From Chiloscyllium plagiosum (lineage: Eukaryota): 64,000 bases of DNA. The stretch lies in NCBI RefSeq assembly GCF_004010195.1, contig NC_057757.1, positions 9,061,657 through 9,125,656 of the forward strand, written 5' to 3'. The notes under the pieces were generated by a model. It did no database searches. It saw only the letters and a list, made by a program, of their open reading frames with translations, and was not told the DNA's origin. Below are positions 11,615 to 24,287 of this stretch, one piece after another; the stretch's first letter is position 1, and each line of letters begins with the position of its first letter. The position numbers were made by a program, and so were the translations under genes.

Positions 11615-12792
11615 GTTACTAGACAAGTTGATGAGGATTGAGGGGTGGATGTTGTGTATATGGACTTCAGTAAGGCATTTGATAAGGTTCCCCATGGTAG
11701 GCTCATTCAGAAAGTCAGGAGGAATGGGATACAGGGAAATTTAGATGCCTGGATACAGAATTGGCTGATCGACAGCAGACAGTGAGTGGTAGTGGAAGGA
11801 AAATATTCTGGCTGGAAGTCTGAGGTGAGTGGTGTTCCACAGGGCTCTGTACTTGGGCCTCTATTGTTTGTAATTTTTATTAATGACTTGGATGAGGAGA
11901 TTGAAGGATGGGTCAGCAAGTTTTCAGACAACACAAAGGTTGGAGATGTCGTTGACAGTATAGAGGACTGTTGTAGGCTGCAGTGTGACATTGACAGGAT
12001 GCAGAGATGAGCTGAGAGGTGGCAGATGGAGTTCAACCTGGATAAATGCGAAGTGATGCATTTTGGAAGGTCGAACTTGAAAGCTGAGTACAGGATTAAA
12101 GACAGGATTCTTGGCAGTGTGGAGGAACAGCGGGATCTTGGTGTGCAGGTACATAGATCCCTTAAAACTGCCACCCAGGAGGACAGGGTTGTTAAGAAAG
12201 CATATGGTGATTTGGCTTTCATTAACAGGGGGATTGAGTTTAAGAGCCGTGAGATCTTGTTGCAGCTCTGTAAAACTTTGGTTAGACCGCACTTGGAATA
12301 CTGTGTCCAGTTCTGGTCGCCCTATTATAGGAAAGATGTGGATGCTTTGGAGAGGGTTCAGAGAAGGTTTACCAGGATTACGATTGAGCTCGGACTGTTT
12401 TCATTGGAAAAAAGAAGGAAGAGAGGGGACCTAATTGAGTTGTACAAGAGAATGAGAGGCATAGATAGAGTTGATAGCCAGAATCTTTTTCCCAGGGCAG
12501 AAATTGTTAACACGAGGGGTCATAGTTTTAAGCTGTTTGGCAGAAAGTATAGAGGGAATGTCAGAGGCGGGTTCTTTGCGCAGAGAGTTGTGAGAGCATG
12601 GAATGCATTGCCAGAAGCAGTTGTGGAAGCGAGGTCATTGGAGATATTTAAGAGACTGCTGGACATGCATATGGTCACAGAAATTTGAGAGTTTGTACAT
12701 TAGGTTTACCTCACATGAGGATCAATGTCGGCACAACATCGTGGGCTGAAGGGCCTGTTCTGTGCTGTGCTGTTCTATGTTCTAAGTTCTAT
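11615..12792 (+). mobile_element. 5'-truncated CR1 LINE (RT C-terminal half plus tail)
   Basis: VDVVYMDFSKAFDKVPHGRL, SGVPQGSVLGPLLFVIFINDLD, LVRPHLEYCVQFWSP; 3' tail gttctatgttctaagttctatg. Confidence 0.95.
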
Positions 12793-12795
12793 GCT

Positions 12796-13084
12796 CTACG
12801 AAAATGAAGCATTCATCCTCCAGGCATTAGGTGGTGAGGATTTGGCGATGGAGGAGGTGCAGGACCTGCATGTCCATGATGGAATCGGAGGAGAGTTGAA
12901 GTGTTCAGCCAATGGGGTGGTGGATTGGTTGGTTTGGGAGTCCAAGAGATGTGCTGTGAAACGATTCAGAAGTAGGCATCCTGTCTCCCCGATGTAGAGC
13001 AGACCACATCGGGCGCAACGGATGCAGTAGATGACATTGGTGGAGGTACAGGTGAGTTTCTGTCGATGTGCAAGGATTCGGTCA
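12796..13084 (-). mobile_element. Penelope GIY-YIG endonuclease fragment
   Basis: TCTSTNVIYCIRCARCGLLYIGETG...RFTAH...PLAEHFN. Confidence 0.9.
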
Positions 13085-13204
13085 GACAAGCTAATTCACT
13101 CCAGGAATATCGACTATACATTTACCTAAAACACATAGCAAAGTTACGGTCTAGGCTACCTGTTTAAAAATGTTTGGAGTGTTCGGGCCTGGTCCAGAGC
13201 AGAC

Positions 13205-13223
13205 TGGGGGCTCTTTGCGGGAT
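13205..13223 (+). promoter_or_regulatory. Primer-binding site (tRNA-Pro-like) of the Gypsy element
   Basis: tgggggctctttgcgggat resembles TGGGGGCTCGTCCGGGAT (complement of the tRNA-Pro 3' end), and lies just after the LTR-like end and before gag. Confidence 0.65.
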
Positions 13224-13365
13224 TTAAGTAGCGAGTGGTATCTGTCAGTGCCTTTTATTTCAAGTATTGGCTTGGTTGGCCTAAACAGCACTCTGATAGC
13301 AACGGCTGTTTCAGTCACTAAGGAGGTTCTGGAGGTTGAAGGAATGACTTTGGGGGTTTTAGAAG

Positions 13366-13697
13366 TGGCACGATGGCACAGTGGTTAGCACTGCTGCCTC
13401 GCAGCGCCAGAGACCCGGGTTCAATTCCCGCCTCAGGCGACTGACTGTGTGGAGTTTGCACGTTCTCCCCGTGTCTGCGTGGGTTTCCTCCGGCTGCTCC
13501 GGTTTCCTCCCACAGTCCACAAGTGCAGGTCAGGTGAATTGGCCGTGCTAAATTGCCCGTAGTGTTAGGTAAGGGGTGTGGGTGGGTTGCGCTTCGGCAG
13601 GGCGGTGTGGACTTGTTGGGCCGAAGGGCCTGTTTCGGGCCGAAGGGCCTGTTTCCACACTGTAAGTAATCTAATCTAATCTAATCTAATCTAAATC
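13366..13697 (+). mobile_element. HE1/V-SINE, full length, with (TAATC)n tail
   Basis: Near-identical to the copies at 32864 and 44597; internal duplication of gggccgaagggcctgtttc. Confidence 0.92.
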
Positions 13698-14049
13698 AGA
13701 ACAAGCTGCCTGAATTAGTAGATAAGCTCGTTTTAAAGTTACTTCCGAACGTGAGGAATGATCAGATGTTTGCAGCAAATTTGTTAGAAACCCCATCAGG
13801 ATCTGCAGAGGTAGCTAAACGTCATTTGCAAATGAAGAAGCTTCAGTTAGAAGCATAAATGAAACAGTTTGAATTATGATTACGATTGGAAGAGAAAGGA
13901 AAATAACGGAAAGCCTTAGCAGAAGAGAAAGGGAAAGAGAGAGTTTGAACTTCAGAAATGGAAACGATTGTCAGCAAAAAAGGATGGCGATGACGGCTGA
14001 AGGTCGACTGAGTGAGTAAGAGAGAGAGAGGATGAGCAAGCCCCTTGAT

Positions 14050-14250
14050 AGTCAAAAGTCGAGAGTGTAGTGCTGGAAGTGCACAGCATGTCAGGCAGCA
14101 TCTGAGCAGCATGAGAATTGGCATTTTGGGCATAAGCCCTTCATCAGGAATGGACTCTCCTGCTCCTCGGATGCTGCCTGACCTGCTGTGCGTTTCCAGC
14201 AGCACATTCTCCACTCTGATCTCCAGCATCTGCAGTTCTAACTTTCTCCT
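14050..14250. mobile_element. Inverted pair of Penelope terminal-repeat fragments
   Basis: agagtgtagtgctggaagtgcacagcatgtcaggcagcatc... followed by its approximate reverse complement gatgctgcctgacctgctgtgcgtttccagcagcacattct. Confidence 0.75.
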
Positions 14251-15988
14251 GGTAATCAGAAGTCTGGTGAGAAACTGTTCAAGCACTGCCTAGATTTGAT
14301 GGGAAGATGTGGGAGCCTTTTCCATTTCACTTGAAAAGCTGGCTGACCAAATGCAGTGGTCAGAGACTATGTGGGTTTTGCTGATCCAAACCAAACTTGT
14401 AGGTGGAGCTCGTGAGGTATTCGCATCAGTAGCAGAGGATGTGTCTGGGGAGTAGGAGGAAGTGAAAAAAGCCATCTGAAGTGCATATGGGCTTGTACCA
14501 GATGCCGAATACAACGTTTCAGGAATCTAAGGAAGGATCCTGGTCAAACTTCGCAAGGGTCAAGCAAAGTAATTTTGAAAGGTGGATAAGAGCTTTAAAA
14601 ATAGAGCAAACTTACAATGCTCTTAGAGAGACGTTTATTTTGAAGGAGTTCAAAAATTCATTGCTTGACATAGTGCGAACTCATGTGGAACAGCAGAGAG
14701 CTAAAACAGCAATGTTAGCAGCGGAAGTGGCTCATGATTATGAGTTGGTCCATGAAAACCCATTTTGGGCTTCCAGGCTGAACTTCATTCCATGAGAGAT
14801 AGAAATTGGACAAAGAGAAATCCTCAAGTGAAAAGGGAAAGGGAGACCTCGGTGAAGATCATGAGGATAACGCATGACAGGGTAAAAAGGAAACCTTTGA
14901 AGGGGGCAGAGAAGGTAAAAGGTTCTGTTGTTCTCATTGCAATAACGCAGACCACCTGAAATCATAGTGTTGGTGGGCGAGGAAAAAACCAGACGTTGGA
15001 AAACAGGACAAGTCTGGGAGTTTTGTTGAAATGGTGACAGAATGCACAGTGGAAACTGGAAAGCTGCATCAGAGGTTGGAGAAGGAGCAAGTGCTGGATT
15101 CGCTAAGAAAACATAACTACCAAGGTAAATTTTGTTCACATAGGCCAGGAGACGCAGGTAGAGAAGTTACAATATTAAGGGACACATGATCCTCTCAGTC
15201 TGTGATGCTGAAGGAGGAGGAGATATGTACTCCTGAAGGACTATTGCCAGAAAAGGTACTGGCATCAGGAATTCACAGTGAGACGAAACGCGCTCAATAA
15301 TGTAAACTAAAGTTAGACTGTCCAGAAAAGAATGGAGAATTTGTAGAAGGAGTACAGGACAAACTCTCAGCTCCAAGAATAATATGAGTCCTTGCAAAAG
15401 TCATAGCTGATGCACTGGTAGGAATGCTGACTACTGTGATTAAAAAGCTAGTGGAGACGCAGGCAGCTGAAGCAATGCAGGATTCTTATCTGGGAATTTT
15501 CCCTGATTGTGTCATAACGAGGTCACAGAGTAACTAGTTGAAACAGGAGAGATCCAAGTGTATCGATAAGGAAGCTGAAGTGGCATTAGTAGAGACCGCC
15601 TTCGATCAGATAGTTGAGTCAAAACAGGAGCAAATACGTGGGTTATGCAAATATTTTAGCTCAGCTCAACTAATTCAGTTACAGCAGAAATATGAAAATT
15701 TAAATCAGTTGTATCAAAAGGCATATACAGAAAAACAGTCCGAATATATCCCTGAGTGTTATTACCTGAAAAAATATGTTTTCATGAGGACATGGAGACC
15801 ATCACATGTTCAGGCAAATGAGAAATGGGCAGAAGTCCGTCAAATCGTTTTTCCAGTGGGGCAAACAACGGAAATGTTGCGATTGGCGCATGAGCTACCA
15901 CTTGGAGGTCATTTCGGAATGAGAAAAACACAGGCTTAAATACAAATCCATTTTTACTGGCCTGGACAAGGATGTGTTCGAATTTTCC

Positions 15989-16115
15989 CAGATTTGGAGA
16001 TGCTGGTGTTGGACTGGGGTGTACAAAATTAAAAATCACACGACACCAGGTTATAGTCCAATAGGTTTAATTGGAAGCACTAGTGTTCAGAGTGCCGCTC
16101 CTTCATCAGGTGGTA
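15989..16115 (-). mobile_element. Third Penelope-type terminal fragment with degenerate hammerhead, inserted in the Gypsy integrase
   Basis: ccac-CUGAUGA-aggagcggcacucu-GAACACUA-gug; related copies at 41220-41300 (plus) and 32675-32810 (inverted pair). Confidence 0.6.
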
Positions 16116-18329
16116 GTGGAGTACACCTGCACATTTAATACCTATTCCAGCATGTGAGGAGCCTTTTACAAGAGTCTTAATTGATTGCATACATCCCCTA
16201 CCTCAAACAAAAGGTGGGAATCAGTATTTGTTATCAATAATGGATGTATCAAGGAGATTTCCAGAGGCGGTTCCATTGTACAATTTCATTGCTGAAAGGG
16301 TTTTCGGGAATTAATCTAATCTTTTTTACTAGATATAGACTAACAATAGGGATACAGTCAGATCAAGATTCAAATTTCGCATCAAAATTATTCAAGAAAG
16401 TTATGGACTGATTAGGCATAAAACAATTCAAATTTACTGCGTACTATCCAGAATCGCTAGAGAGATGGCATCAAACACTAAAGACCAAATTGGGGGCATA
16501 TCGTCAGGATTATCCAGGTGATTGAGATAAGGGAATTCTGTTTGTGCTTTTTGGGATCAGAGATGCACGAAATGAATCGACTGAATTCATTCCATTTGAA
16601 TTAGTCTTTGGGAATGAAGTGAGAGGACTGTTAAAATTGATTAAGAAGAAGGTAGTAAGTCAGAATTCAGAGAACACACATTTGGACTACGTGTCAAATT
16701 TTAGAGAACAGTTCAATAAGAGCTGGGGAGTTGGTTAGACAGCATTTAAAAATCACAGCATGCAATGAAACAAGAAGCAGACAAGAAATCAAAAATCTGC
16801 AATTCTGCGATCGGTGATAAAATATTAGTGTTATTTCCAGTAACGTGTGAACTTTAAAAGGAATGTTTAGTAGAACTTATCAACTCAAAATTAAATTGTG
16901 TGAAGTGAACTTCTTGATAGGGACTCTCGACAGGAAGAAATCTCACAGAATGTTTCATGTGAATATGCTCAAAAGGCATTTTGACAAGGAAGGAAAGCAA
17001 GAGGAACAGGTATTAATAATTACCACACAGAGGGAAGTACCAAGTTCAGACATTCCACAAATTAAATTGGACAATGAGGAAGTTGTAGAAATTGGGAAAA
17101 ATAATTGAGTTACCTTCCTGAGAAAAATCGAAATGACATGAAAGACTTACGACTGTCAAATGGTGAACTATGCAGTAATAAACCGGGAAATACTCACTTA
17201 ATTTTGCATGATGTAGATAGAGGAGATGCTGTTGCGATAAAGCAACGTCCATATAGGCATTACCCTCGAAAGTGTCACAGGTTCAGAAGCAGATTGAACG
17301 TATGCTCGAAGTGAGTTACAGTGACTGGAGTTATGTGTGGATGCAGTTACAAAGACTGACCCGCATATCCAATTCCGGGGTTGGAAGTCTGTGTTGAAAA
17401 GGTTGGACAAGCAACTAAGTTGGACTTGCTCAGAGGCTACTGGAGGTGCCTTTGTCAGAAAGAGCAAACGCAATTTCAGTTTCTGAGGCCTCTGTGAGAT
17501 TGAAGAATGTCACGTACAGAGGTTGCTGCTGTTCCCTGCACCCTGCTTGGATCTGTCACATACTGACAATCCTCCCCATTCTGCCTCCTTATGGGCAGAA
17601 GCTGCACAGAGCCTCGGGGAGGAGCTCTTCAGCCTCTGGGAGGAGGACACAGTGGAGCATTCTCGCCATGACCTTTCCTGGCGGACAGTGGGGGAAATCT
17701 CTCGGTCAGTCGGATCTGTCTCCTTTCTTGAATGAGGTCTCTGCTATCTCCCAGCATGCTCCCTTCATTCCAGACAAGCATGATGAGGTCGTGGATTCCT
17801 TCCCAGAATGTATCTCCACTATATTTTACGAGGGGTTCACCAGAGACTCCATTTGTGATGGAGACCCTGCTGTTGTTCAGCTGTGGTAAGTGTTTTCGCC
17901 CTCATGGTGGGTTGGAGGCTTGCTGAGATGGTGATGCTTAGTGTGCTGTCGGATGGTGTCTGGAACGTGAGTCACTGACTTTCCCGCTGACTCTCTCCAT
18001 CCACCAGCCATTCTTTAGGTCACGAGTTCTTTGTTCAAATCATTTGCGTGTCCACTTCTACCCTTTAGTTCAAGTCATGGTGCAGCTGCCAGTTCAGCAA
18101 CGCCTCACAGTTACGGTCTGGGAGATTCTGGATCTCCTGCTTGTTCCCACTGAGCCAGATTTGAGAATTCCTGGTTGAGAGGCCAAGGGTATCCACACAG
18201 CTGGTGACTGTGGAGGGGTTTAGGGTGGACCAGATGTTGTGGGCACTCTGTGGCTCAGCATCTTGGTCATCATCAGGTCGGCTGTGAGGCACTACCTGAG
18301 AAACACTTCCTTCAGCGGGTTAGTGATGG

Positions 18330-18660
18330 TTTGAGGCGGTTGTGGAATGACTCTTTTGTCTAGATTCAGGGCAGAGGCACTGACGGCTGTGATGTACTGC
18401 TCCTGGCCCAGGGTGTGTCGGAGGGTTACGAAGTCCTCATCTATCTCACATGGGGATTTGTTGAGACCTCTGACGGGTTTGTTTCTTATAGTGAAGCTGA
18501 TCCCATAGCAACGGTGTTCCGTGTTTGCTTTCCCAGACGAAGGTGTAACCGCCACCTTGTTCTCTAAGTTAGCTTTCTACTGCCAGTAACAACCCACTCA
18601 CTGTGATGTTGTCACTGTTGTCCTGCTGGGTGATAGCAGCTGGGTAACATTCAGGTCTAT
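18330..18660 (-). mobile_element. RTE-clade LINE endonuclease fragment (degenerate)
   Basis: GISFTIRNKPVRGLNKSPCEIDEDFVTLRHTLGQEQYITAVSASAL resembles the RTE AP-endonuclease segment GVGFAI...INERLMTLR...ISAYAPT. Confidence 0.6.
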
Positions 18661-19309
18661 TGTTGTTGATGTTCTTCATCAGCTTCCTGATGTTCTACTC
18701 CCTCATTCATTTTGGGGTGGAGCAAGGTTGGGATGGAAGCTGTCTGTTTGTGAATTCCTTTCATATGGAGTGGTCATCGTACACCAACCACTGCATGGTC
18801 CCAACGGAGGAATGTCAGGACCCGATGGTAGGGAAAATCCAAGACATCTGAAGCCATGCTCTGGTTTAGGGCCCTGTTGGGCTTGTTGGAACAGGGATTA
18901 GGTAGAGAGTGATTCTGTTCGCTGGGAACTTTTGGGGGCACAAGAAACCCGAGACAAAGCTGAGCAGCAGACTTTTCCCTTTTGCTGAAATACTCTCTTC
19001 TGAGTTCAGAGACAAACCTATTTGTCCTTCTCAACGAGTGTCTGAAAGAGCGCCTCATCGCTGAAATGTCTGAGTATCATGTGTCTAACAAGGAGAGAGA
19101 GTTCAATGACATACCCAAATGTAGATTGTCAGTAAAAGTGAGGGAAAAACAAATTAGATCTAAGCGCTGCTTTGCGACTGTATTCAGTCATGAATGATGG
19201 TGAACAATTTAAAATTCAGGAGGAAAATGTGAATGCAAGTTTCATCAACTGTGCTGTCAAACGGCACCTGCTAACAACAACCTGTTCAGTGACGCCCATT
19301 TTGGGTTCT

Positions 19310-20460
19310 CCCAGGGCCACTCAGCCTTGGTTCAAACATGGACAGAAAGAGCTGAATTCCAGAGGCAGGGTCAGTCTGACTGGGTTTAACATCAAGGCTG
19401 CATTCGGCCAAGTGTGTTATCAAGGAGCCTGACCAAGGAGTGAATGGAAATCAGGGGAAACTCTCTGCTGGTTGAAGTCACCCCTGGCAGAAAGGAAGAA
19501 CATTGTGGTTGTGAAAGGTCCATCGTCACAGCTAAAGGACATCTCTGCAGGAGTTTCTCAGGGAGTACCTTAGGCCTAACCAGATTCAGCAGTTTCATCA
19601 ATGATTCCCTCCATCACAGGGTCAGACATGTGGATGTTAGCTAATAAATAGACAGTGTCCAGAAACATTTCTGAATACTCAGACACTGAAGTCAACCATA
19701 TCCAAGTGCAGTGAGACTTGGACATCATCCAGGCTTGGGCTGAAAAGTGCAATTAGCATTCACGCCACATAAATGTCAGACAATGATCATCTCTGTCAAT
19801 AGAGAATCAAACCATTGTCCTTTTGATATTCACTGGGATTTCTGTTACTGAATCCTCAACTATCACCATCTTGTGCTAACCATTGACTGGAAACTGCAAA
19901 CACCTTGACGATAGAGCAAGTCAAGCTGGAATTCTTCAGCCAATAACTCACATTCAGACATTTTAAAGCCTGTCCACCGTCTGCAAGGCACATGTCAGGA
20001 CTGTGGTGGAATACTCCCCATTGGGTTCGATGAGTGAAACTCCAATAACATTCAAAAAAGGTTGACATTATCCTGGATAAAACAGCCCATTTGATTTCCA
20101 CCACATCAATTTTAGTTTCACCAGTAGCAGCAATATGTACCAAATACTAGATATATCGCAGAAATTGACCCAGATTTCTCAAACAGAACCTTCCAAACCA
20201 ACAATCATCTAGAAGGACAAGAGCAGCAGATACGTGGGATCACCAAACACTGCAAGTTCCCTTCCAAGACAATCACCATCCTAATTTACCAATATATGAT
20301 CATTCCTTAAGTATCTCTACTTCAAGGTCCAGAACAACAGGATTGTAATTCTATGTGCAGCACATGGACAACAACAGCTCAAGAATGCAGCTCACCAACA
20401 CATTCTCAACGGCCACTAGGGATGGCCCAGCCAATGACATCCATGGATGGATTAGAATGC
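19310..20460 (+). mobile_element. Degenerate CR1/L2-group LINE 3' part (same family as 4570-7330)
   Basis: KELNSRGRV...FNIKAAFGQV, gacatcatccaggcttgggctga, and 3' UTR cagctcaccaacacattctcaacggccactagggatgg. Confidence 0.75.
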
Positions 20461-20959
20461 ATTAAAAATGTTGTTGAGTCATGAGTAATGGTGGTCACTG
20501 AGTTTTCGGTTTTGTGACTGTAAGCTGGTTGGGTGCAGGAAGTACCTTGATTGTTGTGAGGAACTGAAGCGAGATGCTGTTTGGAACAATCTGTCAGTCT
20601 TTCAGAAGCACGGTGAACATACATTATATCACATAGTCACTGACATTCATACACCTGACAGAACTGATTTAAAATATACTTGTATCTGTACTGAAGAATA
20701 TTTGGAAACAAAATTCAATTATTGTCATGAAAATGATTAGGGGGTCTAATGATTATACTCAAGGGGAAAATAATTGGATATTTCAAAGTGCTTGGGCTAA
20801 ATAATACTTTGATCGTGGGTGCAGTAACCAGATTAATCACAGATTAATCATTTCGCACTATGTTCTCATTAGACTTTAGTCTTAAAATTGAACTAAACGA
20901 ATGTGGAAAATCGAGTGCCTATGATCAAAGGATTTATGATTTTCAACAATGAGACTTTG

Positions 20960-21700
20960 CTGTTAATGAGCAGTACAATGTTGAACGCATCTGCATAACA
21001 TTTCTATCTCGAGTCACACACAGGATGCGGGATGGTATCATGTCGGCCATAAATGTTGACGCACAATTCTGTTTGTACACTGGTTTTGTGAGCTGACATG
21101 CACTGGATATGGTTAACGAGGTAATCAATGTCTGACAACATGTGCTGCACCTATTCCATCTCCTCTGTAACATCTTCATTAAGGATCTGGTCCAGTCTAC
21201 GGAATTAGAGATCTGATGTGACAACTTGATTCCATCAACAGAGCCAAAGCTGTCAGACGTGGTCATTGGCAGGTCATTTGTGTCAATGGTGAAAATTGTA
21301 CTGAGCCTTGTGCTCGTCCATTGGCCAATCTGCTCCATGCACTCCCCCCTTGTTCAGGGACGTTTCTACACTGCCTGCTGTGAGGAAATGTTTGATTAAC
21401 TGCCCAGATCTAGTTTTGAAGACGTCTAGACAGATTTAGGAGCCAGTAACTCTTTACTGGAGGTATCAGTGTGGTCCAGCCAGAATATATTGAAATTCAG
21501 GCCTGTCAGATAGGATGTATAATGCATATTCAGGAAGACTGAAAGAGGAACGAAAATTGTACAAGGATAATCCAGGATAATAGGCGTCAACTCTTCTAGC
21601 ATTACAGCAGCAGCCCCCACAGCTTGTAAACAGCCTGGCATTCCCCTTACAACAGGCCGGCATTCCCCTTACAGGTGGTAACTGTACAGAACTGTACTGT
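20960..21700 (-). mobile_element. Endogenous retrovirus pol remnant (connection domain plus RNase H), gamma/epsilon-like
   Basis: SVQLPPV-RGMPGCLQAVGAAAVMLEELTPIILDYPCTIFVPLSV, then ECMEQIGQWTSTR...SVDG, SACQLTK and VNIY in shifted frames. Confidence 0.7.
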
Positions 21701-21888
21701 GGGCGGCACGGTGGCACAGTGGTTAGCACTGCTGCCTCGCAGCGCCAGAGACCCGGGTTCAATTCCCGACTCAGGCGACTGACTGTGTGGAGTTTGCACG
21801 TTCTCCCCGTGTCTGCGTGGGTTTCCTCCGGGTGCTCCGGTTTCCTCCCACAGTCCAAAGATGTGCAGGTTAGGTGAATTGGCCATAC
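21701..21888 (+). mobile_element. HE1/V-SINE 5' half (split)
   Basis: Matches the other copies up to gtgaattggccat, then switches to CR1 sequence. Confidence 0.9.
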
Positions 21889-22357
21889 TTGGCTTGGAAA
21901 AGTAGACTCCAAGGCGAGAGTGTAAATGATATGTGGAGCTTGTTCAAGGAGCAACTATTGAGTGTCCTTGATAATTATGTACCTGTCAGGCAGGGAGGAA
22001 AGGGTCGTGCGAGGGAGCCGTGGTTTAATAAGGAATTGGAATCCCTTGTTAAATGGAAGAGGGCGGCCTATCTCAAGATGAGACGTGAAGGAGGGAGCCG
22101 TGGTTTAATAAGGAATTGGAATCCCTTGTTAAATGGAAGAGGGCGGCCTATCTCAAGATGAGACGTGAAGGTTCAATTGGGGCGATTGAGAGTTATAGGG
22201 TAGCCAGGAAGGACCTGAAGAGAGAGCTAAGAGCAGCAAGGAGGGGACATGAAAGGTCCCTAGTAGATAGGATTAGGGAAAACCCTAAGGCTTTCTATAG
22301 GTATGTTAGGAATAAAAGAATGACTAGGGTAGGAATAGGACCAGCCAAGGATAGTAG
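21889..22357 (+). mobile_element. CR1 ORF2 fragment running into an assembly gap
   Basis: WSLFKEQLLSVLDNYVP...EPWFNKEL...IRENPKAFYRYVRNKR; contains an exact 80-bp tandem duplication at 22011-22170. Confidence 0.9.
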
Positions 22358-23990
22358 NNNNNNNNNNNNNNNNNNNNNNNNNNNNNNNNNNNNNNNNNNN
22401 NNNNNNNNNNNNNNNNNNNNNNNNNNNNNNNNNNNNNNNNNNNNNNNNNNNNNNNNNNNNNNNNNNNNNNNNNNNNNNNNNNNNNNNNNNNNNNNNNNNN
22501 NNNNNNNNNNNNNNNNNNNNNNNNNNNNNNNNNNNNNNNNNNNNNNNNNNNNNNNNNNNNNNNNNNNNNNNNNTCAGTCCTTGCCTTTCCAAATACATGT
22601 ACATCCTGTCCCTCAGGATTCTCTCCAACATCTTGCCCACCACCGATGTCATGCTCACCGGTCTGTTGTTCCCTGCCTTTTCCATCCCAATTTGTATAAT
22701 AATGGCACCACGTAAATCAGCCTCATGTCTTCCTGCATTATTCCTTCGGCTGTTGATGATAAGTACATGTCATCAAGATTCCCAGCACTTACTTCCCAAG
22801 CTTCCCACTGAGTTCTCGTGTACCCCTGATCAGTGCCCATGAAGTGCGTTGTGATTACACATCATTTGGTTCGTGTATGGAACGAACGTCCTGAGAAGTG
22901 ATGGGTGTGGGTAAAGTTACAACGTTTAAAAGACATTTGATTAAGTGCAAGTATAAGGGAAGGTTTGGGAAAATATGATCCAAGCACATGCAAGTGGGAC
23001 TGGCTTAGATTGAGATTATCATCCGCATGGACTGTATGGGCCGATAGGTCTGTTTACAAACACTCAGTGTAACTCTCTGACTCCAAGTGTGTTTGTATGT
23101 CCAAGCATGTATCTGCGCATTTCTGTCCGCACTTGTCTATTTGTGTGCGTTTATATGTATATCTGTGTGCCCCTCTGTGTGTATCTATCTCTCTGCACAT
23201 GTTATGTGTCTATTTCTCTGAGTGTGTGTGTGTCTGTGTGCCTGTGACTGTCTGTGTGTTTGTGTGTGTGTGTGTGTGTTTGTTGATGATGCTGTGAGCT
23301 GCTGCCCTCCCTCTGTCCCTCGTAAACTGAATCTCTGATGATTTTTACCCTCCACTCCAAGCTGTACAGTGCTGGGGGGAGACGAGCAGAGACTGACAGC
23401 AAAATAAAGCTCAGCAGGTCTGGCAGCATCTGTGGACAGAAATGAAAGTTAACGTTTTAGGTCGAGTGACCCTTCCTCAGAACTCGTGTCAGGTGGATAT
23501 TACATCACTGTAAGCACCATAGTGACTGCCAGACTCGTCCCACGCAGACACACACAGATATACACACACACACTGATACAGAGATTTAGAGAAACTCATT
23601 AATACGCAGAAACTAATACAGACATGGAATGTCTGTCGGTATTTCTCTTGCTCCAGGGTGACCTTGTCAGCATTTCACTTGCTTTGTCTGGTGGGTGTCA
23701 GTATTTAAGTCTGTCCTCAGGGAGTGTGTGAATAGTGCACTTCCTCACAATAGTGAGTGAATCGGTATTTCTGTGTGGTGTGTGACTGTAGGACAATTTC
23801 AAAATATGCAGATACTAAACCTGGAAGAATTATAATGTTTGTGATGGACAGTGTGGAACTCCAACAGGACAGTGACACATTGGTGTAGTTTTCAGGTTTA
23901 TGGCAGATGAGGATTAATGCAGAGCAGTGTGAGGTGATGCACTTCGGTAGGAAGGACATTGAAATACAGTATAAAACAGGCTGTAAGGTT

Positions 23991-24145
23991 AGCAGTGGTG
24001 GACTCTCCCTCTTTATGGGCATTTAAGCGGGCATTGGATAGGTATATGGAGGATAGTGGGTTAGTATAGGTTAGGTGGGCTTGGATCGGCGCAACATCGA
24101 GGGCCAAAGGGCCTGTACTGCGCTGTATTCTTCTATGTTCTATGT
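23991..24145 (+). mobile_element. CR1 LINE 3' end
   Basis: gcatttaagcgggcattggatagg...gggccaaagggcctgtactgcgctgtattc plus tail ttctatgttctatgt. Confidence 0.85.
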
Positions 24146-24287
24146 TAAATTGCCCGTAGTGTTAGGTAAGGGGTAAATGTAGGGGTATGGGTGGGTTTCG
24201 CTTCGGCGGGTCGGTGTGGACTTGTTGGGCCGAAGGGCCTGTTTCCACACTGTAATCTAATCTAATCTAATCTAATCTAATCTAATC
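24146..24287 (+). mobile_element. HE1/V-SINE 3' half (split), with (TAATC)n tail
   Basis: Resumes at taaattgcccgtagtg, essentially where the 5' half at 21888 stopped. Confidence 0.9.

Larger units (their letters stand above)
10960..17470 (+). mobile_element. Decayed Gmr1-like Gypsy LTR retrotransposon (5' LTR remnant, PBS, gag/SCAN-like, PR, IN, start of RT)
   Basis: The LTR-like sequence ends at about 13201. SCAN-like ERWIRALKIEQTYNALRETFILKEFKNSL (about 14580-14750), decayed zinc knuckle (about 14930), protease ILRDT (about 15170), integrase HELPLGGHFGMRKT and EEPFTRVLIDC...NQYLLSIMD...RFPEAVPL (15880-16300), then RT start AIKQRPYR (about 17235). Contains nested Penelope, CR1 and SINE insertions. 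Confidence 0.85.

Noticed and set aside
17480..18310. ORFs at 17446-18292 as genes
   Set aside because: No coherent domain; probably a decayed L1/Tx1-like 3' fragment, too degraded to assign.
22011..22170. Exact 80-bp tandem repeat; similar duplications at about 24251-24523 and 34659-34999
   Set aside because: Two-copy near-exact duplications inside young repeats or near gaps are most simply assembly artefacts; there is no repeat-spacer structure, so not CRISPR-like.
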